Shown piece by piece: positions 1-9,579 of a DNA stretch of 64,000 nt (position 1 is its first letter; each line of letters opens with the position of its first letter). The stretch comes from an uncultured Desulfospira sp. GTDB lineage: Bacteria; Desulfobacterota; Desulfobacteria; Desulfobacterales; Desulfobacteraceae. The position numbers were made by a program, and so were the translations under genes. Location: assembly GCA_963663165.1 (NCBI GenBank), contig OY760175.1, forward strand, positions 4,128,001 to 4,192,000. The letters are read 5' to 3'. The notes below the pieces were generated by a model. That model saw only the letters and a list, made by a program, of their open reading frames with translations, searched no databases and was not told where the DNA came from.

Positions 1-795
1 AAACGCCTTGAGTTCGCAGTCCTGCTTATCATTAGCGGTATCTCCTTCGGTGTAGCTCAGGATTTCGCTTATCAGCGGAATGCTCATGCCATCGGAAAAC
101 GCAAGATTAGCTTCCAGAACATAGACATGATACTGTTTCCTGGTGCCATCCTCTTTCTTGATGTTACGTTCCAGGCACTCTTCATCCCAAAGCCAGTCGC
201 GTTTGAATTTACCTGTACCATCTATGGCAATCGGATAACAGCCATTGACCAGGTACCGTCGAAATTTCTTTTTCCGGATCAGATCTCTGACCAGATCGAG
301 ATGAAGCTTCTTGATTTGATTGATATCAATCTTAGACAATAGGCGTTTTAACGTATCATGATGGGGAAGCGTTTCAAGCTCCGGGAAAAAATATTGAAGA
401 TTCTTCCAGAACATCGGCCGGCTCATTTCTTTGTTGGCCTCACGGCAAGAAGCCATCTGAAACACAAAGGTCAGTATCCCATAGATCATGAGTGTGGATA
501 TTTGGTGTTTTATCTTCTTAGGGTTTCGAGGGTCTTCAATCTTGGCCATACGTTTGAGCAGAATGGGCAGCTTAGCGCGAAAAATACTCATTTTCTCAGC
601 CACGGCCTCATTGCGGATGCGCCCCTCCTGTTCTACACTTTCATATCGGCATTTGCAGTTAGAAATTGTGCCATGAGAGGGCGGCTGAAATCCCCTGGCC
701 TCTTCATCCCGACGTAATTTTCTCTGCTCCTTTTTAAACTGCTTTCTTTTGGCCTTTATCTCCTCACGATTGGGGCGTCGGATAGGCTTGCTCAT
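1..795 (-). CDS. DDE transposase, runs off window (ISAs1/ISDol1-like, ISNCY)
   Basis: Manual translation MSKPIRRPNREE...IEDPRNPKKIKH...IAIDGT...KQDCELKAF; ATG overlaps the TGA of the DUF4338 gene (ATGA at 792-795). Not in the ORF track because there is no stop in the window. Confidence 0.8.
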   Translation of the reverse strand, partial: MSKPIRRPNREEIKAKRKQFKKEQRKLRRDEEARGFQPPSHGTISNCKCRYESVEQEGRIRNEAVAEKMSIFRAKLPILLKRMAKIEDPRNPKKIKHQISTLMIYGILTFVFQMASCREANKEMSRPMFWKNLQYFFPELETLPHHDTLKRLLSKIDINQIKKLHLDLVRDLIRKKKFRRYLVNGCYPIAIDGTGKFKRDWLWDEECLERNIKKEDGTRKQYHVYVLEANLAFSDGMSIPLISEILSYTEGDTANDKQDCELKAF

Positions 796-1667
796 CCGAT
801 CTGCCTCAAAACCTGACGGAAATTATTCACCAGCGGATAAACGAAGATTTTTTTGGGACTGGTCCTGTAACTTCTACCCTGCCGGACAAGCCCCTTTCCG
901 CTGGTCATGCCAAGGTGTCTAAAATTGGCCGCCCGATAGCACGTCCCATCGAAGTGTTGTGGGTCGACAAAGGTCTCCAGCAAAGCCGGCCGATACCCCC
1001 AGCTCCGCTCCCAGTCTTGCACCAGATCTCTGACAATTTTACCCAATACGTGACTTGCCAGATACCGGACCTTGACCCACGGAAAAATCAGGAAGCGTCC
1101 ATTGTTTACAACAAATCCCAAGTTTCTTAAGCGTTCGTTGGTGCTCCAGCCGATCCATCGATCCCTCGGGGTCAGCGCCTTGGCCGCCCCTGAGAACAGC
1201 ATACATCCCAATATGCGCTCTTGAGCTTGTATCAAATAACGCAGATGACATCCGAACGGCCGCTTGTAGCCAAGATAATGGTAACGGTGCAGGTATTCAT
1301 TAACCAGTGAGCGTTCTTCCGTGTCTTGTGCGACCCTGACAACGATCGGCCCGATATCCGAAAGCGTGCCCGCTACCTTATCTTGGGGCTGGGTCCTGTC
1401 GTCCGCTACCGGCAGTTTCTGTTGAGAGCCCTTTATGGGACCGAGTTTCTCTTTTTCAGGCAACCGTATGAGACCTTGGGACTCCAGTCGCAGAAGCAAT
1501 TTCCGGCAGGCATCCACCTTGTTCCTACCAGAAGCGGTATACCAGCCCAAATGTTCGCATATTGTATGAGCCAGTTCAGTCTGACTCAAATTCGAAAAGG
1601 TCTCTACTGTCTCGCAAATCTGTATAAGCTCTTCGTCTTTAATTTTCCGGCCACATTGGACAATCAC
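792..1667 (-). CDS. DUF4338-domain protein, IS-associated
   Basis: HYLGY, RDRWIGW, NGRFLIFPWV, LLETFVD, GTCYRAAN motifs; translationally coupled to the transposase. Confidence 0.85.
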   Translation of the reverse strand: MIVQCGRKIKDEELIQICETVETFSNLSQTELAHTICEHLGWYTASGRNKVDACRKLLLRLESQGLIRLPEKEKLGPIKGSQQKLPVADDRTQPQDKVAGTLSDIGPIVVRVAQDTEERSLVNEYLHRYHYLGYKRPFGCHLRYLIQAQERILGCMLFSGAAKALTPRDRWIGWSTNERLRNLGFVVNNGRFLIFPWVKVRYLASHVLGKIVRDLVQDWERSWGYRPALLETFVDPQHFDGTCYRAANFRHLGMTSGKGLVRQGRSYRTSPKKIFVYPLVNNFRQVLRQIG

Positions 1668-1871
1668 GACATCCTCCTCTTCAAATGTAGTGTCTCGATT
1701 GGGGGGGCGCTCATTCGTACCCTATGCTACATTATCAAAAGGCCGAAATTTTGTCTATTTAAATTTTGCGACAAAATAATTTTGGATATCGAGCTGCGTC
1801 ATTGATATCATTGACTATAAATTTTCATGCGTCAGCACTGATAGAAAGTTTAACATGCAAAAGGAGATACT

Positions 1872-3002
1872 ATGGAATCTGTTTTTATGTCATGTGCTGA
1901 TCAAAATCGTTCTACTGGTCATTATCGTATTCTTTTTATTGGAACCTTTTTTATAACAATACTGTTTGCAATAACTCCCCAAACGATGGCGGCAATATGG
2001 TTGAAAGGCAAAACGGCTCCTGTCGTTTCCGGCAATTCTTATTATGGCTATTCGATTGATATAGACGGTAACTATGCAATTGTTGGAGCTTATTTACACG
2101 ATGTGGACTATGGCGGTCCCTCATTGTCAGATGTTGGCAGAGTATGGATTTTAGAAAAGACAAATGGGGCATGGACTGACTCAAATTACCTTGAACTTGA
2201 AAGAGATGATCCCGGCAATGAGTACGATGAGTTCGGAAGATCCGTTGCAATTAGCGGCAATTATGCCGTTGTCGGTGCTCCGGGTCAAAGAAGTGGTTCT
2301 ATCCAAGGTACAGGGGCTATTTATGTATTTTATAAAAATGGAGATTCATGGGATGAAATGCAACAAATTAGAGCATTCACTACTAAGGAAGATGCACAAT
2401 TTGGCCATACTGTTGATATCTATGAAAACTATCTAATTGTCGGAACTCCCCACAAACATACGGTCCACTTTTATGAATTAGTAGGAGACTCTTGGACACT
2501 TAAAGATGCAAGAACTGTATCTGGTATTTTTGGTACCTCCGTTGCTATAAGTAACGGCTACGCAATTGTTGGCGACCCCAGCGATGATACTCATGGAGAC
2601 TATGCCGGAGCCGCCTACATATTTAAGAGAAATGATTCAACCGGACGATGGGCCCAACAAACACCTCTTTTATACCCCAATGGTGATTGGAGTCCACAGA
2701 CATATGATCGATTTGGCATATCTGTTTCAATAGACGGGGATTATGCCATTATAGGTGCTAATCCACCGGATAAAATTGGTGATGAATACTTGTTGCTTCA
2801 GGGCAGCGCATATATTTTCAAAAGAGATGACAATGAAACATGGACACAGCACAGTACATACCTTTATGACGAAGAGGATAGTGATCCGGGGGGAAATAAT
2901 TTTGGCGGTTCCGTATCTATCAACGGTCGTTATGCCGTGGTCGGGGCTTCAGGAGACAATGAGCAGGGAACAAATGCCGGAGCCGCTTTTTTTTTTATAT
3001 GA
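1872..3002 (+). pseudogene. FG-GAP repeat (beta-propeller) secreted protein, N-terminal part, interrupted by IS110
   Basis: Hydrophobic N-terminus; repeated FGxSVAISGxYAVVGA / GAAYIF motifs; ORF stops at the IS junction. Confidence 0.85.
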
Positions 3003-3008
3003 AACACT

Positions 3009-3363
3009 ACCCCGTAAAAAGGGAATAGAATTCCGTTGGTTTATGGGTTTGCCCCAAAACATTTTGATTAGCGTTACAATTTTTTAATATCCAATCGATA
3101 ATATTTCCCGTTTGGTTAATATCTCAAGCACAGAAGATAGTTTCTTAAATCATCAGTAGTGGTCAGTTTACTTAAATAAGTTTTATATACGTAGTTCCCC
3201 TGGTGGGGACTAACAGTTCGTTGTGCAAAAAACCGACCAGTCATGTTATATTCGCGCTCTAAGGCTTCATTTCAACATCCGACTTTTTATTACTGAGTCA
3301 ATAATCAATTTATCTGTTGTACGCCTCTAAACAATATCGGTACAAAACATGTTGCTAAGTTAT
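3009..3363. ncRNA. Candidate bridge/seek RNA region of IS110
   Basis: Long non-coding end with hairpins (TAGTTCCCC/GGGGACTA, ~3192-3212) and segments matching the element ends (TTTTATAT, TTCGTTGTG, GTTATAT); family knowledge. Confidence 0.5.
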
Positions 3364-4623
3364 TCAGCTTTCACACGGTACAAGTTTCATTCCTAATTCA
3401 TCCGCCTTTCTTGCCAAATTCTTCAACATTCTTTGCTTATTGGGTTTGCTTAAATAGTCCTCGCCAAGGTCTTTATAAATGTCCCCGTTTTTGATGATGC
3501 TGTAAATAGCTTTTGCTATCCTGTGGGCTATGGCAACAATCGCTTTTCTGGCACCCCGCCTTGACTTCAGCTTATAATATTTGGCCTTGTAGTACGAGCC
3601 CTTCTTTTTAATTGCAGCCCATGCAGCCTGCACTAAAATCGTTTTGAATGGATGATTTCGAACCGCGTTCCGGCCGCTTTTCCTTTTACCCGCGCTTTCA
3701 TTGTTTCCCGGGCACAATCCGGCCCATGCAACAAAAGCAGACATGCTTTCAAACTCATTCAATGTGACCCCGACTTCTCCAAGAATGGATTGCGCTGACT
3801 TTTTATCGATCCCGGGAACTTCATCTAACCTTTTCAGTAAATTTTCATAGTCGAGGGTAAGTAATTCCAATCTATCATCAATTTGTTCAATCTGTTTTTG
3901 AAACATCTCAATGGCCTCCATCATGCCAATCAGTTGGAATCGATGATGATCTTTAAAATATCCATGGAGGCTTAAATATAATTCAGGAATTTTCTTTTTA
4001 AGCCCTCCTTTTGTGCATTCCTGGACCTTTTCCAAAGTCACTTCACCGTTTTTGCATAACAAATCAATGAGATTCAAACCGGTAAGCCCGAACAAATCAG
4101 AAACAACAGAATCAATTTTAATATTTGCCGTGATAAATAATTTATGAACACGTCGCTTATAATCAGCCAGAGATTCTGTATATGTTTTTCGTAATCGGCT
4201 TAACTCACGCCATTCACGAACATGTTCAGGGGGAATAAAACTACCTTTTACCAACCCATGACGAAGCAGTCCTGCAAGCCATTTACTGTCACAGATGTCT
4301 GTTTTTCTGCCTGGAACATTTTTAATATGCCTGGCATTCACCAAAACAACCTCCATCGTACCTTCAATGGTGTTATAAACCGGATGCCAATATACCCCGG
4401 TACTTTCCATTGCCACTACAGGACAGCTGTTTTCAATCAACCACATTTTCATTTTTTGCAAATCTTGAGTAAATGATGAAAATTCTCGAATCTTATGCTG
4501 TTCTTTCCCATTACCATCAACAGTGATTAAACAGGCTGAAATTTTGTCTTTGTGAACATCCAAACCACAACAAATTGGGTGAACAATTTGGATTAATGTG
4601 CTATTTTTTGATCCCTTGGTCAT
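3364..4623 (-). CDS. IS110 family transposase/recombinase
   Basis: GLDVHK, MESTG, KTDxxD (DEDD RuvC-like) and GLCPGNNESAGK (Tnp domain serine). Confidence 0.95.
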   Translation of the reverse strand: MTKGSKNSTLIQIVHPICCGLDVHKDKISACLITVDGNGKEQHKIREFSSFTQDLQKMKMWLIENSCPVVAMESTGVYWHPVYNTIEGTMEVVLVNARHIKNVPGRKTDICDSKWLAGLLRHGLVKGSFIPPEHVREWRELSRLRKTYTESLADYKRRVHKLFITANIKIDSVVSDLFGLTGLNLIDLLCKNGEVTLEKVQECTKGGLKKKIPELYLSLHGYFKDHHRFQLIGMMEAIEMFQKQIEQIDDRLELLTLDYENLLKRLDEVPGIDKKSAQSILGEVGVTLNEFESMSAFVAWAGLCPGNNESAGKRKSGRNAVRNHPFKTILVQAAWAAIKKKGSYYKAKYYKLKSRRGARKAIVAIAHRIAKAIYSIIKNGDIYKDLGEDYLSKPNKQRMLKNLARKADELGMKLVPCES

Positions 4624-4731
4624 AGCTATCTCCTTATATTTTTCTTGGTCGAAAAAAAAATTGATAGCTATGACCTTTTTTCAAAATTTGCAAGTGTTTC
4701 ATGCTTCGTTGTGTCCGCTAGGACATGGGGG

Positions 4732-5634
4732 TTATATGAAATAACCGAAAATGGGTGGCAATTCAAAGAAAAATTTGTGCTTTCAAACGACGCCCCACAA
4801 AGTTTTATGGGGATTTCAGTTGCAACGGATAAAGGCAATGTTTTAATAGGGGCACCTGACTATGGTGACAAAGTCGGAGCCGTTGTATCCTTTTCATTTG
4901 ACTTTGATGATGATTTTGATGTTGATGGATTGGACTTAAATGCGTTCATTACAAAATCACCCACCATTAAGCCGTTACCGGATGGATATATTACCCATCT
5001 TCAGCTTTTACCGGAGTTTTTCGGGCATAACCTGGAAACGATTGAACAGACGGCATCCGTTCTTCAAGCAAGTGAAAGTATAAGTTTGGCAGCCAGTATA
5101 ATGAGCGATAATATTGCTGCCTCAATCACCCAGGAATCCCAGGACGACGAAATTTTGATTGAAGATTTTAGTATCAAAGAGGTAAGCTGGGCTTCCTCCA
5201 ATGGTCAAGCCGGATTCGCAACCGGTGAATGGGAATGGCAAATTGACGAGATTCACCTTGATTCCGGCACGAATGTTATAAATTTATTTGTTACGGATGC
5301 TTTTGGCAACACTGCAGAAAAAGAAATTCAAGTGGTTTATAATGAAATTTTAACGGAAGACGGAACAAGACTACAGGAACAATGGGCCCGCAGATTAACC
5401 TACGAATTCAACTTTGATGAGACGGATACTGAGAACACACTAAGAACGGCGGCAGATATAACCATCTGGCTCTGGCCGGATAAGATCATTATGACTGATG
5501 ATTATTTAAACCCTGTTAATGTTGATAGTGACCGGATCACCATAGAGGAAGGGGTTCAATATCACTGGGGCATGGAGTGTGATGATTCCAATAAAAATAT
5601 TCTTTACCTGGATCTTCCTTCTGATGAACGGTAA
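4732..5634 (+). pseudogene. C-terminal part of the FG-GAP protein (last repeat, dockerin/EF-hand-like DFDDDFDVDGLD, Ig-like segment)
   Basis: LYEITENGW continues the GAAF... repeat interrupted at ~2995. Confidence 0.75.
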
Positions 5635-5765
5635 TGATATGACAATTTTTAGAATTGCCATCCGTTATACAATGTGTATAGATTAAAAGTCCGAATGTAA
5701 TTTTATAGAAACCTGATTTTTATGGATTCAGGATATACATTCATGATTGAAACAGAAAAATATTT

Positions 5766-5887
5766 GCCCAACAAAACGCTCCAACCGATCCGGGGGCCTT
5801 TCGACTTTTCGAAAGTCCTTGATTTGCAGATGGGGTTGGCTTTTACAACGTACTCGGCAAATTTTCCCCCGGTCGACTGAACACCCC
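5766..5887 (+). other. Degenerate attC site (R' GTT missing)
   Basis: GCCCAAC-AAAACGCTCCAACCGATCCGGGGG...CCCCCGGTCGACTGAACACCCC; clearly similar to the attC at 58213-58328. Confidence 0.7.
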
Positions 5888-5892
5888 AATAT

Positions 5893-6444
5893 ATGGAAAA
5901 CCCCAACTCCAAAACCTTTGTTTTCTGCCCCTCATGCGGCCACAAAGCGCTTTTTCCCCGGTCCCTGAAATCTTTTCAATGCCGGGAATGCGGATTTTTA
6001 TTCTACATAAACTGCGCTGCGGCCGCCATGGCCCTGATTTTTGATGACCAGGGCAGGCTGTTGATTACTTACAGAAAAAGAGAGCCTGCCAAGGGAAAGG
6101 GGGATCTTCCCGGCGGGTTCATTGAGCCTGGTGAAACCGTTGAGCAGGGGCTTGCCCGGGAAATCAAAGAAGAGCTGAACCTGGATGTCCTGTCTCTTGA
6201 ATACCTGTGTTCCGCCGCCAATTTCTATCCTTACGCTTCCGTGACATATCCCATCACCGACATGGCGTTTATCTGTAAGACCAACGGGTTTGACCATATG
6301 TCGGCCAATGACGACATCACCGGATATGAATTTGTGGATCTGCCCAGCTTTGACCTGAACACCTTTGGCATGGCATCCCCTAAACGGGTGGTGGAATTCT
6401 ACTGCCGAAAGTTCCTGAAACCGGATTCGGATCTTAGCGGCTAA
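5893..6444 (+). CDS. NUDIX hydrolase with N-terminal zinc ribbon
   Basis: CPSC/CREC and GGFIEPGETVEQGLAREIKEEL Nudix box. Confidence 0.9.
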   Translation: MENPNSKTFVFCPSCGHKALFPRSLKSFQCRECGFLFYINCAAAAMALIFDDQGRLLITYRKREPAKGKGDLPGGFIEPGETVEQGLAREIKEELNLDVLSLEYLCSAANFYPYASVTYPITDMAFICKTNGFDHMSANDDITGYEFVDLPSFDLNTFGMASPKRVVEFYCRKFLKPDSDLSG

Positions 6445-6471
6445 CAGCTAAAAGCTAATGGCTAACGGCTA
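6440..6471 (+). repeat. 7-bp tandem repeat (GCTAAnn)
   Basis: gctaaca gctaaaa gctaatg gctaacg gcta. Confidence 0.8.
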
Positions 6472-6491
6472 TTATAAAACAGGACATTATA

Positions 6492-7871
6492 ATGACAACA
6501 CACCCCATCATTCAGACCGTTCTCAATCAGCAAACGTACTTTAATTCTCTGGCCACCCGGTCTTATGATTTCAGGGTCAGGCAGCTTCAGACGCTTAAGC
6601 AGGGAATTTTAAAATTTGAAGCTGAATTTACCCGGGCGTTGAAACAGGATCTGGGCAAGCCTGAGTTTGAGTCCTATGCCTCGGAGATCGGGTTCAGCCT
6701 TCATGAGATCGGCTTTACCATCAAACATTTGAAGAAGTGGATGCGGCCCAGACGGGTGAAAACCCCCTTGCTCTGCCAGCCGGCATCCAGCCGGATCCAC
6801 TACACCCCCTTAGGGGTCAACCTGATCATTGCCCCGTTCAATTATCCGGTGGGCCTGACCCTCGGGCCTTTGACCGCCGCCATTGCCGCCGGCAATACAG
6901 CGGTCCTGAAAACCTCCGAGTTGACCCCTCATTGCAGTGCCGTGATCCGGAAGATGATTGAAGACGGCTTTGATCCGGCATATATCGCCTATATCCCGGG
7001 GGAAATTCCTGAAACCACCCTGTTGCTGGAACAAAAATTCGATCATATCTTTTTTACGGGCAGTCCCAGGGTCGGGGCCATTGTCATGCAGGCCGCCGCA
7101 AAAACCCTGACCCCGGTCACCCTGGAGCTTGGGGGAAAGAGCCCGTGCATTGTCCATTCAGACGCCCGGCTGAATATCGCTGCCAACCGGATCGTATACG
7201 GCAAATTTTTTAACACGGGCCAGACCTGCATTGCCCCGGATTATGTGCTGGTCCATGAAACCGTGGCCAAGGATTTCCTTAAGGCCTTAACCCACCGGAT
7301 TACCCGTCTTTACGGCAAAGATCCCCTGTCCTGCCCCGACTACGGCCGGATCGTCAATCAAGGCCATTTTAAACGGATCATGGCCCTTATTAACCCCGAC
7401 AAAATCGTTGTCGGGGGGCAGCATGACGAAAAAGAGCGGTTTATCGCCCCGACGGTGATGGCCAATGTCACCCTGGATGACAAGGTCATGGCAGAAGAAA
7501 TTTTCGGTCCGGTGCTGCCGGTGTTAACCTATACCCGGTTTGACGACATTTATAATATCATTGGAAAACTTCCCAGCCATCCATTGGCCTGTTATCTGTT
7601 CAGTGAAAGCAAAAAGGTGCAGGAAGAAGTGATGTCCCGTATCCCGTTCGGCGGCGGATCCATCAACCACTGCCTTCAGCATTTTATCAACCCGCACCTG
7701 CCGTTCGGCGGTATCGGGGAAAGCGGCATGGGCAGTTATCATGGGGTTGAGGGGTTTGAACGGTTTTCGCATAAAAAGAGCATTCTTAAAGCAGGCTCAA
7801 TAATCGACCTGCCCCTTGGGTATCCCCCGTACAAGAAAAAGCTGGGGCTTTTAAAACGGTTCATGAGATGA
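6492..7871 (+). CDS. Aldehyde dehydrogenase (ALDH3-like)
   Basis: PFNYP, FTGS, LELGGKSP, GQTCIAPD, EEIFGP. Confidence 0.95.
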   Translation: MTTHPIIQTVLNQQTYFNSLATRSYDFRVRQLQTLKQGILKFEAEFTRALKQDLGKPEFESYASEIGFSLHEIGFTIKHLKKWMRPRRVKTPLLCQPASSRIHYTPLGVNLIIAPFNYPVGLTLGPLTAAIAAGNTAVLKTSELTPHCSAVIRKMIEDGFDPAYIAYIPGEIPETTLLLEQKFDHIFFTGSPRVGAIVMQAAAKTLTPVTLELGGKSPCIVHSDARLNIAANRIVYGKFFNTGQTCIAPDYVLVHETVAKDFLKALTHRITRLYGKDPLSCPDYGRIVNQGHFKRIMALINPDKIVVGGQHDEKERFIAPTVMANVTLDDKVMAEEIFGPVLPVLTYTRFDDIYNIIGKLPSHPLACYLFSESKKVQEEVMSRIPFGGGSINHCLQHFINPHLPFGGIGESGMGSYHGVEGFERFSHKKSILKAGSIIDLPLGYPPYKKKLGLLKRFMR

Positions 7872-7943
7872 GACCATGCTGATCGCATACAACTTGGCTA
7901 TAGGTGGGGTCAATATTGATAATGAGGATAATAATGTATAAAA

Positions 7944-8028
7944 TGGGGACTTGGGATATGGGATATGGGACTTGGGTAGGCCGTGGATACTGCAATCCCC
8001 AGGTCCCATATCCCAAGTCCCAAGTCCA
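7944..8028. repeat. Inverted pair of 7-bp tandem arrays (TGGGAnn / nnTCCCA)
   Basis: gggacttgggatatgggatatgggacttggg ... cccaggtcccatatcccaagtcccaagtcc. Confidence 0.8.
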
Positions 8029-8105
8029 ATTTTTTGGAGATGATCCTTATTTCCCATTCCGGAATGGATTGCTTTTTTACATAACGATTGCCCTGGAGAT
8101 GAGGC

Positions 8106-8144
8106 GAAAAAAACGGCGGCAAAGAAAGGCTTCTTTGCCGCCGT
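8106..8144 (-). terminator. Intrinsic terminator
   Basis: 14-bp stem ACGGCGGCAAAGAA/TTCTTTGCCGCCGT with a T tail on the minus strand, after gene 8174-9247. Confidence 0.75.
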
Positions 8145-8173
8145 GAAATGACAACAGGGGTTACAAGAATTGT

Positions 8174-9247
8174 TTATTGCCAGTATTTTTGAAGGTACTT
8201 TCTTTCCAGAAGAATAATGGACTGTTCATCCACCTGCCCGCTGTTGACCTTGAATTTGATCAGGTCGTCCCGGTAAGGAATTTTTCTCGGGCTTGAAAAC
8301 TGGAAGGTCTGGCTCCTGTCCTTGGTAATGATGACGTAGTTATAGGTTTGATTGCCGCTGTCGTAAACCCGCTGGGTCATTACCCCCTCAAAGGACCCCT
8401 GGCCGGCCATGGCGGCCTGGCCGCCCTGGACTCCGAGCTGTCCGCCGGTCCCGAGCCCGCCCTGTACCGTCTGGGCCTTGTATGATTTAACCGCCCGGAT
8501 CAGATTGTTCATGGAGTCGGTGAAGGCCGCTACAATAACCTTGCCTTCCGGGGTTCTTGAATAAGCCCCCACCGCACCGCCGGCACTGTGGCCGAACATG
8601 CCGCCCAAAAGGTTAAAGTCAGTGTTCCGGGCGCTGCCTTCAGCTGCGGCCAGCTGAACACCGGAACGGTTTTCGATCAGGGTGATCATGGTGCTGGCAT
8701 CGCTGGTCTTGAATCCGCCGGCAACGGCGCCGGCAACGGAGCCAAGCAGCCCCCCCACCACGGCACCGGCCCCGCCGGTATCGTTTGAGCTGAAGGTAAT
8801 GCTGGGGGTGGCCGTATAATCGGCGGCAACGATCTGTCCTTTACCGAAGTTAGACCCGCTGCGCATTTCCCCTGACTGCATCAGCTGACGTTCCTGCATC
8901 ATCTGGTTCATGGCCTTTCCACGCTCGACCACCACAAAACAGTTGGACTGCTGGGCCAGAAGCCGGATAACCGGAATCGTTGACGGCAGTCTTAAGTCGC
9001 TGGTCAAATGCTGATACCAGGATTCCGACTGATCCTCATAAATGGCCAGGGTCCCCAGTGAGGCATCGCAATGCTCCAAGCCGGCATTGGCATTCTGGGC
9101 ATTGGCCCCCCCGGCAGAACCGGTGGCCGTGGTCTTTGCCGACTGTGACCCGGTCTGCATGGAGGACATACACCCGGAAACGAACAACAGGGTTAAAACA
9201 CAACATAGCGCTATTCCGTATCCAGATATTTTTCTAGTCATTTTCAT
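8174..9247 (-). CDS. CsgG/HfaB-family lipoprotein
   Basis: Lipobox VSGC; QQSNCFVVVERG motif. Confidence 0.8.
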   Translation of the reverse strand: MKMTRKISGYGIALCCVLTLLFVSGCMSSMQTGSQSAKTTATGSAGGANAQNANAGLEHCDASLGTLAIYEDQSESWYQHLTSDLRLPSTIPVIRLLAQQSNCFVVVERGKAMNQMMQERQLMQSGEMRSGSNFGKGQIVAADYTATPSITFSSNDTGGAGAVVGGLLGSVAGAVAGGFKTSDASTMITLIENRSGVQLAAAEGSARNTDFNLLGGMFGHSAGGAVGAYSRTPEGKVIVAAFTDSMNNLIRAVKSYKAQTVQGGLGTGGQLGVQGGQAAMAGQGSFEGVMTQRVYDSGNQTYNYVIITKDRSQTFQFSSPRKIPYRDDLIKFKVNSGQVDEQSIILLERKYLQKYWQ

Positions 9248-9285
9248 CTCCTTTTTTCTCCCTTTATTGAAAATGCCGTTAAATT

Positions 9286-9385
9286 TTATATGAAAGCCTC
9301 ACTAACATATTGAAAAGACCTCCATTACTCGTTGTGGGCGGTGCCTGGTTGGATAACCAAGGCGGCCCGTGGCCGTTTTATGAAA
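9286..9385 (+). repeat. Mini-element (IS110-like ends)
   Basis: TTATATGAAA...CAT-TACTCGTTGTGGGC...GGCCGTT; homologous to copies at 41.3 and 50.4 kb. Confidence 0.85.
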
Positions 9386-9579
9386 CTTGGGGCCAAATTC
9401 GGGGCGAAAGTTTCGATACTTTGTTATGGACAAAGCGGGTTCTAAAATCCAGTCCGTCCGGGACGGGTATTCATAATCATTAAGCGAACAAATTATTTTA
9501 GGATAGAGATTTCCTTTTTGTCAAGCAGATGATCAAAATTGTCAAAATCCTTTATTCTGCGCGGCAGCAGAAAGGGGGG

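Larger units (their letters stand above)
1..1840 (-). mobile_element. Two-gene IS (DUF4338 + transposase), partial
   Basis: Coupled ORF pair; composition becomes AT-rich after ~1840; the end (minus-strand CAGTGCTGACGC) is tentative. Confidence 0.55.
2995..4741 (-). mobile_element. IS110-family element (IS1111-like, sub-terminal inverted repeats)
   Basis: TTATATGAAA at 2995-3004 and 4732-4741; sub-terminal IR ATGAAACACT (2999-3008) / AGTGTTTCAT (4693-4702); ~360 nt non-coding end downstream of the transposase. Confidence 0.85.

Noticed and set aside
792..1667. Druantia defence system
   Set aside because: No other dru genes in the window; the gene is coupled to a transposase.
2995..4741. 10-bp target site duplication by a classical DDE mechanism
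   Set aside because: IS110 elements do not normally make TSDs; the nested mini-element suggests a TT core plus a target that resembles the element end.
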